From Trypanosoma brucei (Eukaryota): a stretch of 64,000 nucleotides of DNA. The DNA lies in the NCBI GenBank assembly GCA_000002445.1, contig CH464491.1, forward strand, positions 1,504,001 to 1,568,000, given 5' to 3'. Position numbers and translations under genes: made by a program. Shown one piece after another: positions 29,392 to 40,814 of the stretch (positions are counted from its first letter, which is position 1; the number at the start of each line of letters is the position of its first letter). The notes beneath the pieces were generated by a model. The model was not told the origin of the DNA. It ran no database searches and was given only the letters and a program-made list of their open reading frames with translations.

Positions 29392-32300
29392 ATGATAGAC
29401 AGTGATTTGCAGGGTCACCGTGACAGTGGACAACGATGCTCACCGTGGGTAAATTGTGATGCATTCCTGCAACCGGAGATCACTAAACCACTTAGGAACA
29501 TTGTTGTCTGTGACCTCCCAGCACAATGTTACATTATTGGCACGAGTTCCAAAAAAAACATCGAGCAGAAAGAAGTGTTGTTGTTTAATAAAAGTGATGG
29601 TGGTCCTCTTGTCTATAGCTATAGCAGATCATACACGGCGGACGAAGTGGACTCGCTTACCGCTTGTGCATCGAAAGAGGGGCGGCTGCTACATGTCAAA
29701 GCACTACTGGGATGCGTTCGCTTTACTAGTGGTTATTACCTACTTCTGGCAACTAGGCGGCAAACGGTAGCGCGTATAGGCTTTAATCGCATTTTCGAAG
29801 CTCTCGATATTGAACTTGTTTCATTGTGTCTTCCAAAAATGATAGCTTTAACGACCGTAGTGGCCACAAAGGCGGCGACGGTGTTGGGAGTAAAGGGGCC
29901 GGCGAGCTCGTCAATACAAAAAGCTCGTCTTCAAGAGGAGGAGTATTGTCGACAGTTTCTTTCATCGGCACATAAACAAAACCTGTTTTACTCGCGCACA
30001 TATGATTTGACAAACACGCTGCAGTCCAACATGACCATCCCCAGCCAGAGACGGCTTGTGCGGACAAAGTTTGTGTGGAATGAATTTCTTTTGGAACCGT
30101 TATTCACTCTACAGGAGACGGAATCTGTTCGGTGCGAGAGAGAATCTGCTCAAAATGGTGGCCAATCATATGAGGCAGCACCGCTGTGCCCTAAGGATTT
30201 GCGGCGGTGGTTTGTCTACGTTGCGCAAGGGTCTATTGTCCAGCGTGCCGTGTGGTGTGGGTCCCGACCACTGCTCTTTACACTGATAGCCCGCACAAGT
30301 AAAAACTACGCTGGTGCCCGTTACTTTCGTCGCGGTGTGAATGGGAACGGCCACGTTGCAAACCATGTTGAGATCGAGCAAATTATCTCCGACGAATCAA
30401 CGTTGCACGACTATGGGCGAAGAGGCAGTTTTACATCTTACGTCCAGGTACGTGGTTCGGTACCCCTTCACTGGTTTCAGCCACCTACACAACTCCCTAA
30501 ACCACCTATTAAATTGGGCATGAGTAATTTTTATTGCGTCGACACATGCAGACACTTCCAAGAACTTCTAGGGGACTATGGTGCACCAGTTATTGTTGTG
30601 AACTTGCTACGAAAGCGGGAGAAACACCTCCGTGAAGGTGCTCTTGGCAGTGAGTTTAAGAAAGCTGTGGAAACTTTAATTGGATACACAAAAAAGGATT
30701 TTTTAGGTGGGTGCGAAAGCTCATCAAACGTGTTGATCTACAGGGAATATGACATACGGGCCAGTGCACAAGACGCCTGGAACAAGACAACATCGCTGGC
30801 GGAAGAGGTGTTTGCCAAGAACGGTTTTTTTGTATGTGGTACTGACGCGAGCACTGGTGTCGACACTGGTTGTTATGGTCGGTGTTGCATTCATAGTAAT
30901 GGTTATGATGCAGAACGGAGTGTAAGACTACAACAGGGTGTAACTCGCAGCAACTGTCTTGACTGCGTTGATCGAACTAATTTAGCCCAGTATTTCTTTG
31001 GTTTGCATGCACTCGGGTATCAACTGCATGCTCTTGGTCTTCTCCATTCACCAATAGATCTCTCTCTTTCGCCCCAGGTACGCGAGCAGTTCCTGCACAT
31101 GTACCTATTGATGGGAGATATCATTGCCTTGCATTATGGCGGGTCGGCACAGGTGGGGGCTGGTGTGCTAAACCGAGGAACGGGGTGGGACAAAATGATG
31201 GGTATCAAGCGGTTGTACAACAATATCCTCGGTGATCGCGAGAAACAGTTGTTCATGAACCTCTTTCTCGGTCGGTTTCAGCCATGTCCAAATCGGTGCT
31301 CCCCTTCCCAAAACCCAGTGATGCGCATCCCTGATGGTGAACAACAGGGCACTGGGAGCGATGGAAAAGGCAATGAGTCCAACGAATCAACTAATTCCAG
31401 TAAACAGGTTGCTTGTTTAGCAGACCTATCTGAGGGAGCATCTGACTACTACTTAGTGGTCAATGGTGGCCCATCGCTCCCCGATCCCACTGAACTAGTC
31501 GGATGGTGGAAGAAGCCATTACAATTCTTTAGTAGCTTCTTCCAGCCTCGCCAACGGTCCTTGCTGGACGAGAACGCACCTTCCTCTCCTGTGTCCTTCG
31601 GTTTCGTACCGCACGAGGGCGGGAATGGTAAAGGATCTGCAGATGATGAGGAAGAGTACATTGTTCGAGAAATATGCATTGATGAACGTGCGGCAGCCAT
31701 TGATCCATATACGAATAGGGGGTTGGTCGGCGCAGGTGCAGGTGAGTTGAAAGAGGAAGGTTCAGCCGTATTGTTGCAGCGAACAACAGCGGCCACGACA
31801 TCACTTAACCGGAAAACACGGACCCTTCTAACCGCCGCGCACACCGAACCGTCACCACAGATTTTATGGTTCGTGCAGGATTCCTTGTGCAATGAGCAGC
31901 ACCAGGAAGCTGAATTTCCACAGAGCGACGTTGCGTCCAACAAACGTGACATCCCGACAGAAAAGATGCCTGATGATTTACTCTACCATGATCATCTTAC
32001 ATATCCTGATTACGTGTTGGGGAGTGAATTTAACAATAACATTGAAACAGCACGATGTATGTGCGATAATTGCGTCCCCGAGGATGACCTCCAACGCATG
32101 CAGTTGGAGGTAATGCACAAATATGGTGATCCATGTGACTGGGGTGTGGAAACAGTTATAGACGCTCTGCTAGATGTGGAACCGGGTGTGAAGCGCGAAA
32201 CCATAGATGCATTGCGACAGATGAATGTTCATGGACGTACGCTACTCAATATGAACACAAAATCTCTGGAAGAGAAGGTTTTGCTTCAACGCTTCATCAG

Positions 32301-34074
32301 GTTGGTGGACAAACTATTTCGTTCAGCATCCAGCTCCCCTCCCCAGCATGTTAGGGACGACGAGATGAGTGAATTATGGTTGCTCCACCAACACGGTGAT
32401 GCTTTAGAAAAGTCAAATATATTCGCTTCTTGCAAATTTGTATCTTGTCCGGACGCTACGCAACGGGTGCTGCAACCCTTCTTTCGTGATTTGTTGGCAC
32501 CGGATATTATTGCGGCGACACTGAGAACTTTAATATCGAAGATGGCCGATCCTGACTCCGGCGTCCCGCGCAGTGATCGAATTCGCTACCGTGAGGGAAG
32601 TGGCTGCCAATACGTTCCTCCTGTTGTAGTAGCACAGCAATGCTTTAGTTCTAATGAACTGCATGAATGGTTGCTCACCGAATCACCGCGCTTGGGCCTC
32701 ACATTACATGAGCATGTCGAGTCGCACGAAAGGGCACAAGCGTGTTGGCAATTTGTCCTCTGGTTAGTGCATGCAAAAATTGTCGTTCCAATATCTATTG
32801 AACTAATCTCCGGTGTTTTAGTGCCCCCTGTTGTTACAAGGGCTGATGTGACATCATCTACAAGGCTGTTTACATTGAGTACAATACAGGAACTCCACGT
32901 GCTCAACGAAAGTGAGCGTCACCCGTGTGGTGACGTGGATGTGCTGAGGGTTAAAATAAACCCAATCAAATCAACCCCTTTGCTTCTCACCGGAGCTTCT
33001 GCTCTCGCATGTGCCGAAACTCTGGTTGCTGTGGCGTTGGATACATTGCTTTACATGCAGGATATGTCTTCACCTACTGTACCCCCAGATGTGTCCCACA
33101 ACCCCACTGCTTGGAAGTTGTTGGAGACGGTATCCACTTCCAGTGCTCACCTTGCAGCAGTTAACATCAGAGGGCTTGAGCGCCGGGAGCTGTTCTGCTT
33201 TTGGGCGAACGTTTTCAATGCCTTGTACATTCATGCATGGATGTCAACACTAGGCAAACGGGCACAGGATTTTACATGCTTCTACAATACAAATGGTTAT
33301 AACGTTGGCGGTTGCTTCTTTTCGTTGAGTGACATCAAAGATGGCATATTAAGGGGAAACAAACCCGCCTACTACGCTGTTCTACCTCCGTTCAGCAAGT
33401 CTGACCCGCGATTGTTTATGGTTATCCCCCCAGATCCGAGTGACATTGAAGTGGAACTGCAAATGAAATCCAGAAATTGTTTTGATGATAAGCATATCAC
33501 CACCTCAAGTCGCCGTGATCTTCATACACGTATTTTGCTTGCTTTAATTGACGCCTACCTGGTGCCGGAGAATTTTGAAGACATGCCGTCGTACAACCCG
33601 CGAACGCTCCTCTTTGCAAGTTCCCCCACTGTTGCGTCACGCAGTGCAGAGGGAAGTAACAGCAGTTTCCTGGAGGATGACTTGGAAATTGACGAATCTT
33701 ATCGATCGCGTACTACTGTGGGGTTGTGGCACGCGAATAGTATTCCTGTCGTTGCTGCGACCTGGTTGTCGTCATGGTTCAACCAGCGCCACACGAATAA
33801 AAGCTCCACTCTTGCCAATCCATGTGTTCCACTTACTCCAGAACACCTATTGCAGCAAATACATGCCGCGGAGAGTTTTGTGTTGCGTTCACTCAGTCGC
33901 GCTCCACAGCCCACTGTTCCACTTCATGGCGTGCATGTCCCTCGAGCTTTGCTGCCGCTGTTTGTCAATATGGACAACGCTAGTATTGATGAGTTCATGC
34001 AATTACTGTCCGTTTCGCCACGGTCAGAAACATCACTTCGATGTGATATGTGGATTTCTAACCCACCTGCGTAA
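29392..34074 (+). CDS. Very large SAC-domain phosphoinositide phosphatase with a long C-terminal extension.
   Basis: The SAC catalytic CX5R(T/S) motif is RSNCLDCVDRTNLAQYFFG. The upstream RYFRRGVNGNGHVANHVEIEQI is typical of Sac domains. The first ATG is at 29392 (29350 is a GTG). About 1000 aa follow the catalytic core. Confidence 0.8.
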   Translation: MIDSDLQGHRDSGQRCSPWVNCDAFLQPEITKPLRNIVVCDLPAQCYIIGTSSKKNIEQKEVLLFNKSDGGPLVYSYSRSYTADEVDSLTACASKEGRLLHVKALLGCVRFTSGYYLLLATRRQTVARIGFNRIFEALDIELVSLCLPKMIALTTVVATKAATVLGVKGPASSSIQKARLQEEEYCRQFLSSAHKQNLFYSRTYDLTNTLQSNMTIPSQRRLVRTKFVWNEFLLEPLFTLQETESVRCERESAQNGGQSYEAAPLCPKDLRRWFVYVAQGSIVQRAVWCGSRPLLFTLIARTSKNYAGARYFRRGVNGNGHVANHVEIEQIISDESTLHDYGRRGSFTSYVQVRGSVPLHWFQPPTQLPKPPIKLGMSNFYCVDTCRHFQELLGDYGAPVIVVNLLRKREKHLREGALGSEFKKAVETLIGYTKKDFLGGCESSSNVLIYREYDIRASAQDAWNKTTSLAEEVFAKNGFFVCGTDASTGVDTGCYGRCCIHSNGYDAERSVRLQQGVTRSNCLDCVDRTNLAQYFFGLHALGYQLHALGLLHSPIDLSLSPQVREQFLHMYLLMGDIIALHYGGSAQVGAGVLNRGTGWDKMMGIKRLYNNILGDREKQLFMNLFLGRFQPCPNRCSPSQNPVMRIPDGEQQGTGSDGKGNESNESTNSSKQVACLADLSEGASDYYLVVNGGPSLPDPTELVGWWKKPLQFFSSFFQPRQRSLLDENAPSSPVSFGFVPHEGGNGKGSADDEEEYIVREICIDERAAAIDPYTNRGLVGAGAGELKEEGSAVLLQRTTAATTSLNRKTRTLLTAAHTEPSPQILWFVQDSLCNEQHQEAEFPQSDVASNKRDIPTEKMPDDLLYHDHLTYPDYVLGSEFNNNIETARCMCDNCVPEDDLQRMQLEVMHKYGDPCDWGVETVIDALLDVEPGVKRETIDALRQMNVHGRTLLNMNTKSLEEKVLLQRFIRLVDKLFRSASSSPPQHVRDDEMSELWLLHQHGDALEKSNIFASCKFVSCPDATQRVLQPFFRDLLAPDIIAATLRTLISKMADPDSGVPRSDRIRYREGSGCQYVPPVVVAQQCFSSNELHEWLLTESPRLGLTLHEHVESHERAQACWQFVLWLVHAKIVVPISIELISGVLVPPVVTRADVTSSTRLFTLSTIQELHVLNESERHPCGDVDVLRVKINPIKSTPLLLTGASALACAETLVAVALDTLLYMQDMSSPTVPPDVSHNPTAWKLLETVSTSSAHLAAVNIRGLERRELFCFWANVFNALYIHAWMSTLGKRAQDFTCFYNTNGYNVGGCFFSLSDIKDGILRGNKPAYYAVLPPFSKSDPRLFMVIPPDPSDIEVELQMKSRNCFDDKHITTSSRRDLHTRILLALIDAYLVPENFEDMPSYNPRTLLFASSPTVASRSAEGSNSSFLEDDLEIDESYRSRTTVGLWHANSIPVVAATWLSSWFNQRHTNKSSTLANPCVPLTPEHLLQQIHAAESFVLRSLSRAPQPTVPLHGVHVPRALLPLFVNMDNASIDEFMQLLSVSPRSETSLRCDMWISNPPA

Positions 34075-34507
34075 CTGGTGCAGTACATTCGTATGGAAAT
34101 GAATGACTTCCGTGCTGCCTTGCTGTCAAGCGTGAAGAGGGAGAAAATGCCTTGCATTTCCCCATTGCACGGGATTCCTCGGAACGAATGTGCACGAAAC
34201 TGATGTGTAGAAATAGGAGGCACACCGTTACTTCTGTTCTCACTGCATTTTATTACCATGCATTCATTTGTCTTTCAACTATTCTGCAAACTTTCTCCTG
34301 TATACTTTATTGATGTGCCTTTATTATTGTGGATTTTCTGCTATACGCTCTGTTCCCTCTCCCTTTAGCTTAATACATCCCTTTGTCAAATTTACCCACA
34401 TTTTTTTTTAAAAAATTGCGTTGTTGTGCTTGTTTCTACATTTCGTGATGATGGAAAAAGTTGAAAGGGGTAAGTGAGGTGACGTACCCTTGATATAGAA
34501 AATCGGG

Positions 34508-36946
34508 ATGCTTCGCTGCACTGTTGTGGGACACCACAGGAGTGGCAAGGCCCGCGCATTTGTGTTTCGCGACCCATCACTTCGAATGATGCGGGCGGGA
34601 AGCGGTTATCAACAGCTGCGGCGCATGGGCATGCCGATGCAGGTAGGAATGGGGTGGCGGAAGGTTGACAGCTTCCACGCCAATACACAGTATCAACATG
34701 CCTGGCCCCTGCTTTCTCACGATGATTTGGGTAACAGCGACCAGTCAAATAATACAAAAAACATTATGTACTCTATGTACATGCCAAAACGTAATAAGGG
34801 CACAGCTCCGTGGTTTCGCGGGGCGGATACATACAGTGTGAAGTATTGTGAGCAAGGTCGTTATGAGTACCAACGCTACCTAATGATTAACAGATTTCCA
34901 AGTGAGTACAAGAAACACTTTTTGTCGTTTCTTTCCAATATTCGTATGTCCTCGGGATCGGCAACGATTCCTCAGGAAGCTCTTCATTGGCTTCTGCGAA
35001 TGATCGTAGATAACTTTAACCCGCAGCATGTGCACTATATAGCGGCTATGAAAACTCTTCAGAGTGCTGGTGAACTGGATATGGCGAGGGATGTTTGGAA
35101 GATTATGGAACGGCAGCAAACGTGGCCCTGTACGGCAACTATCTGCGCCTATCTTGATGTATGCGTAGAAGCAGGCGAAAAAACGTGGGCAATGGAGGCG
35201 TGGAATCGATACTGCACGGAATTGAAGTTTCTGGAGCCCGGCGAGGTGGACCCAAAGCCCATTTCTCGCGTGCCATTTTCCCTCACCCGAGAAGAACTAT
35301 TGTACCTTCCGAAATGGAAGAAACATTTTGACCATGACCCCAATCTCGACGTCATGGACCTCAACCGCTTCAACCGCACTCGTGAGGTTTACCTACGCAT
35401 GGCACAAGTGATGCTGGCAGGTGGTGAGCGGAATGCTTTTCAACATTTCTTTACAAAATTGGAGGAGGCAATGCTAAATAAACCTACACCAGTGCCGGAG
35501 CCACCTAATCCGCATCTTGTACGCCGACCGCGTTGGGCACCCTACGAACATTGCAAGTCAGTGCATCACTCACCGTGGCGCCTCCAGAACAATGGTCGTG
35601 CATTGGCGCTTGGTCCTTCCGTCACAATCGAAGATGAAATGCAAAGTCGGTTCTTTTCTAACGATCAATTCTTGGTACATTCAGTGAAGGAAGTCTTGCG
35701 TATTGTGTTGCAAGAGCACAAACGGGCTCATCCGACCGAATGCACCCGTTGTAAAACTGAAGCGTTCTTTTACAAGACGAAGGATGCCGATGAAACACTT
35801 AAATTCTGCGACGATTTGATTGAACGTCTGTTCGCTTCCTTGGGAGTGAGACTATCCAATTTGAATACGTCCTCACTTCTTTCCACAATTCTCGAAGTAT
35901 TTCGAGTTGTCGGTAAGGAGTCGGGTGCTGCGCTGCTGCAGCGCGCGAATGAGTTTCTTGAACGCAAGGCATCTTTGGGCGATGCAGAAGGGTCAAGAGA
36001 GAACCTTACAGCATCCAACTACTTACAAGTTCTTTCAGGTTTTGCGGATGAAAGTGCTTTTGTGTACAACACAAAGAAGGATGGAACATGTCAGTACAAA
36101 ACTGGCTTCGATCCACGAACCACGATGCGCCATTTGGCCGATGTGGTTCAAGAAATAGCTGGCAACCCACACGTTACTTGGGCTGCTGATATGCACCTCC
36201 AGGTGGTTGAAACCATGGTGGGTTGTGGTACCATGAAGGCTAATGATTATTTTGTACGAAATGTACTCCGACAGTTTTCCTGGGATAGCCGATTCCTGGA
36301 AGTTTTGTACGTGGAGTACCGCCGCCAAGATGATGTTGACATGTGGGCGGAGCTTACAAAGCGCGCACTAGTATGGACAGCGCGTTACAACGCACCTGCC
36401 TCGGAGCGCCTTCGTCGCCTTATAGAGGATGACTATGATACTATTCGGGTGCAAACCCGCACATTCCGGGAACTTGCAGTCTTTCAATTCCGTGACGTTG
36501 AAGAGCGCCGTCACTCGCGGGATGTGGTGAATGAACTGCCCAACCCATGGTATGACTACGTTGCGCATGCTTTGCCATTCCCTGACAGGGATGCGGGCTA
36601 TCCGGATGAGTACGGTGACCTTGGCCAGTGGCGAGCACCTGGAGGTCCGGGCTCCCCCGTGCGTGGTCCCGGTTACTACGCACCCCCAATGGAAGGGGAA
36701 CACCAACGAGGTTACACCGCGGAGTGGCGCGATCTCCGCAATCCGATGCGTCCACCGGAGTTTCCCACACCGTGGGAAAGAAAATACCGTCAGTACGCAC
36801 GAGGCCAGCATCCGTCGTACGATATGGTATACGCTGGGCCCATGCCTGAGATATTCCCAATGCGCCGTGACTTCAGGAAGCCCACACGGTGGGATTTCCA
36901 CGACATCGAGAAGCAAGGGAAGTACAGGACGAGTGGCCCCTATTAA
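34508..36946 (+). CDS. Hypothetical protein of 812 aa with possible PPR/TPR-like helical repeats and an aromatic-rich, Pro/Gly-rich C-terminal tail.
   Basis: ATG at 34508. The pair YIAAMKTLQSAGELDMARDVWKIMERQ and CTATICAYLDVCVEAGEKTWAMEAWNRY reads like 35-aa helical repeats. The C-terminus is GYPDEYGDLGQWRAPGGPGSPVRGPGYYAPP... Confidence 0.55.
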   Translation: MLRCTVVGHHRSGKARAFVFRDPSLRMMRAGSGYQQLRRMGMPMQVGMGWRKVDSFHANTQYQHAWPLLSHDDLGNSDQSNNTKNIMYSMYMPKRNKGTAPWFRGADTYSVKYCEQGRYEYQRYLMINRFPSEYKKHFLSFLSNIRMSSGSATIPQEALHWLLRMIVDNFNPQHVHYIAAMKTLQSAGELDMARDVWKIMERQQTWPCTATICAYLDVCVEAGEKTWAMEAWNRYCTELKFLEPGEVDPKPISRVPFSLTREELLYLPKWKKHFDHDPNLDVMDLNRFNRTREVYLRMAQVMLAGGERNAFQHFFTKLEEAMLNKPTPVPEPPNPHLVRRPRWAPYEHCKSVHHSPWRLQNNGRALALGPSVTIEDEMQSRFFSNDQFLVHSVKEVLRIVLQEHKRAHPTECTRCKTEAFFYKTKDADETLKFCDDLIERLFASLGVRLSNLNTSSLLSTILEVFRVVGKESGAALLQRANEFLERKASLGDAEGSRENLTASNYLQVLSGFADESAFVYNTKKDGTCQYKTGFDPRTTMRHLADVVQEIAGNPHVTWAADMHLQVVETMVGCGTMKANDYFVRNVLRQFSWDSRFLEVLYVEYRRQDDVDMWAELTKRALVWTARYNAPASERLRRLIEDDYDTIRVQTRTFRELAVFQFRDVEERRHSRDVVNELPNPWYDYVAHALPFPDRDAGYPDEYGDLGQWRAPGGPGSPVRGPGYYAPPMEGEHQRGYTAEWRDLRNPMRPPEFPTPWERKYRQYARGQHPSYDMVYAGPMPEIFPMRRDFRKPTRWDFHDIEKQGKYRTSGPY

Positions 36947-37625
36947 CGTCTTAAACAGTGCTAGTAGCGGTGAAGGTATTGTTGTGTAGAATTGGGAAGC
37001 AGGGGGACGATAGCGGTGTCACACCGCTTGCCGTGTTGGTTGTGTGTATGAATCTGGACATAAGTGAACTCCTAACGCAGAAACACCTGTTATTTGTTGA
37101 CATTACCGTGAGTGTGGCTTTGGGTTTGTCAGCGCACTGCTGAAAAAGGGGTGTCGACAGCTTGCGAGTATGTGTAATCAGCCTTAACCGACTGTGATGG
37201 CGGGACCCCTTGCGGTGTGCGAAGAGAGTTGATATTAGCAGAAACGAAGCACAGGTTATGGTGCGACTGTGTGGTTGGTTACTTACTCTTGGGCTCGCCT
37301 CCTTCGTTGGAGGAAGCGTGACGCTATCGACTCTGTTTTTAACGTTTTTTTTTAAGCGTCGTCTGACATATTGGCCGCTCCCACTCATTTAGTGGCCATG
37401 CGTGTTGGTGCTCGCAGCTATGGATTCCCTTTCAGCTTGTTTAGCGTTTTTTATTTCTTTTCATACTTCTCTTTTTCTTTTACCCAGCAGTCCCAGTTTG
37501 TCAGATTCCACCCAGCGTGAAGCTACGTTAGCGGTGTAGGACATCATCAGAATAATAGAAAGTTTAAATTAAGAAAGGACAACTCCTACCTGTGAGAAAG
37601 AGAGTGGTAGAGGAAGTAGCCTTCA

Positions 37626-38333
37626 ATGCCCACACGACCCCTGTTAGTTAAGTATGAGACGCCGGTACTGCTTTCCGAGGTGAAGCACAAGAAGGCTCTG
37701 AAAGAGAAGAAGCGTGTGGCTGTCGGGGCGCAAAGTGGTCCGCAGGCTGAAGATGTTCTGTACAGCATCATCCCTCCGCGTGAGTTTGAGGAGAATGGCC
37801 AACAATGGGTACAATATGTCTCTAGTATACCTGCCACGCGAATGGACGTTATCAACCTTCAGGAGCGTCTTGATTCTCTGCTGCTAGAGCGCAATGCTCG
37901 AGAAACTGGGATTTGTCCGGTCCGTGAGGAGCTCTACTCGCAGGTTTTTGACGAGCTAATTCGTCAGGTTACGGTGAACTGCGCTGAGCGTGGGCTCCTG
38001 CTGTTGCGTGTGCGCGATGAACTTCGTATGACACTTGATGCGTACCGGTCATTATACGAAAGCAGTGCGGCATACGGGATGCGTAAGGCTCTTCAGGCTG
38101 AACAAAGCAAGATTGAAATGGAGTCTAAAATCCAGGCACTGGAGCGCGAAAAGGAGGAGCTTAAACAACAAGTGGAGGAGTTAGAATACCGCTGTGAATC
38201 AATCATTCAACAAGAGAAGGAAAAGTTTGCTGAGGCAGAGAGAAAACACAACGAGGAGGTGGCGTTCTTCCGACGCACTTACCAAACTCTCACAACGAAC
38301 TTGCAGACATTATGTAATGCTACCAAAGCTTGA
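37626..38333 (+). CDS. Axonemal inner-arm dynein light chain p28 (DNALI1 family).
   Basis: It is 235 aa. ILYSIIPPREFEENGQQWVQYVSS, TRMDVINLQERLDSLLLERNARETGICPVREELYSQVFDELIRQVTVNCAERGLLLLRVRDE and a C-terminal coiled coil are the conserved p28 core. ATG at 37626. Confidence 0.9.
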   Translation: MPTRPLLVKYETPVLLSEVKHKKALKEKKRVAVGAQSGPQAEDVLYSIIPPREFEENGQQWVQYVSSIPATRMDVINLQERLDSLLLERNARETGICPVREELYSQVFDELIRQVTVNCAERGLLLLRVRDELRMTLDAYRSLYESSAAYGMRKALQAEQSKIEMESKIQALEREKEELKQQVEELEYRCESIIQQEKEKFAEAERKHNEEVAFFRRTYQTLTTNLQTLCNATKA

Positions 38334-38954
38334 GAATAGAACAAACTGCTCAAGAAGTGAAGCATCATATGGTTGTTGGGTTGGTATGTCTTCTGTTTGT
38401 GGCAGATATTGGTGTATCTGGCTTTTCCACCGTTGAGTTTGATATTGTAATGTTACTTAACCCTTTCTCATGGTTTCTCCCTGCATCGTCGATCATCTGA
38501 AGGTTGCGTCTGTGACGATGCACTTTGGTTGTCAACTACACTGTTCCTTTTCCACATTCTTTGGGAGATGAGAAACCAGAAGCGACAATTGCGGAAGGGG
38601 AGTTAAGGAGAATGTTGGTGGAAACATTGTGAAAAAAGCACTGTGTGTGAGAGAGAGGGCAAATGAATAGAATACTTGTGACTTTTTGTGTATGTTTGTG
38701 TATATGCGAAGGGAAGCAAGACAGAGAAAAGGAGCGTGCTCGATGTAAAAAAAAAAAGAAACTGCGTTCTGACTCACTCGGCGCCGTGCCGGTAGAGGGG
38801 TACGTGCGTGAAGGCTAGAACATGTTTGAGATGCCTACAAAACACAAACGCACATTCTGAGATTCATTATCTTCAACTGTGTCTCATCGCCTCATGGGCT
38901 TCTTGAGAACATTGCCCCAAATCTTGGGGCTGCAGCAACTTACTGGGGACGCTG

Positions 38955-38996
38955 CTATCCTTTCTTCTTCATATTTCTCGTTTACCTACGTTTAGA
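38955..38996 (+). promoter_or_regulatory. Polypyrimidine tract upstream of TIM; a candidate signal for trans-splicing and polyadenylation coupling.
   Basis: ctatcctttcttcttcatatttctcgtttacctacgtttag is a pyrimidine-rich run ending in AG about 95 nt upstream of the TIM ATG. Its role is inferred from kinetoplastid mRNA processing rules. Confidence 0.4.
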
Positions 38997-39016
38997 GTCT
39001 CTGAGATCATTACTAG

Positions 39017-39844
<828 letters not shown>

Positions 39845-40814
39845 TTTTCCTTCATGTGTCAATGAGGTTTGGTGCTTTTGCCGTTGAGTGGGTGAAGATA
39901 GCAGTATATATATATGCGCAAGTGAATATAAAAAAGATGTAAAGACAGGTAGCAGGGAGAAAGCCTCGCATAACATTATAAAAGGGAGTGTAACTGGAGT
40001 GGGAAAACAAAGGAAAGGGGGATTCGTGTATTGAGCATATGAGAAAAAAAAGAAATTATGCTGTATGTTTTTACCTATTATTTATGCGGAAGGTGAATGA
40101 CAAAACAAAAACCAAAAGGATATCATCATATGCTTTTGTTTCATCCAAATGGTTGTCTCTTCCGTACCTCAGGGTCGCTACTTCGTTGACTGTGGTTTTA
40201 GCGAGGAGAGGGAACAATAGGGGGTGTTGTATACATTTACACGTACGTATCTTCCTTTACTCTCTCTTGCCTTCATTATATTCCCCCTTTTTCTGGGAGA
40301 GGAAAAGAGAGTGTAGAATGAGGGGAGTACGTGTACGGAATTTTAACGATTACCCCATTTTTTTTCTTTGAACTATTATTTTTAGAATTCTAACGGTGTT
40401 TCTTCTATTTCCTCTTCCCTGGCACGGTCCCCTTTTGTGGACCAACGGACACTTCCGCCTCACTCTCGGGAAGCGTACTGCGCCCTCTTCCTCTACTTAC
40501 CATAGCGGTTTGTCGGTACTGTTTTCCCTTTAAAAAAAAAAAAATCACTTTTTTTTTGAATCGATGCTATGTAGGTTTTTTTTTTGTCACAGCGGAAGGT
40601 TGAGTAGCAAATATTACTTCCTCTTTGAAACTTACGTTAGGGGTGTTTCATTTTATCCTTTTTTTTTTTTGACCTGGTGCGTCCAGGAGACGTCTAGTTA
40701 TTGAGTGGTCGTCGCACCTCACGACAACGTTGTTGAAGTGACAGCTGGCATAAGCTCCCGAACAGCACCATCAATATACGTGCATTGCAGGTGGAATACA
40801 TCAGTTTGGAAAAA

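Noticed and set aside
36368-36989. A nest of overlapping ORFs on both strands (36368..36916 -, 36441..36860 -, 36531..36989 +, 36628..36849 +).
   Set aside because: They all overlap the GC-rich, low-complexity C-terminal tail of the 34508..36946 gene. High GC suppresses stop codons in all frames, so they are not independent genes.
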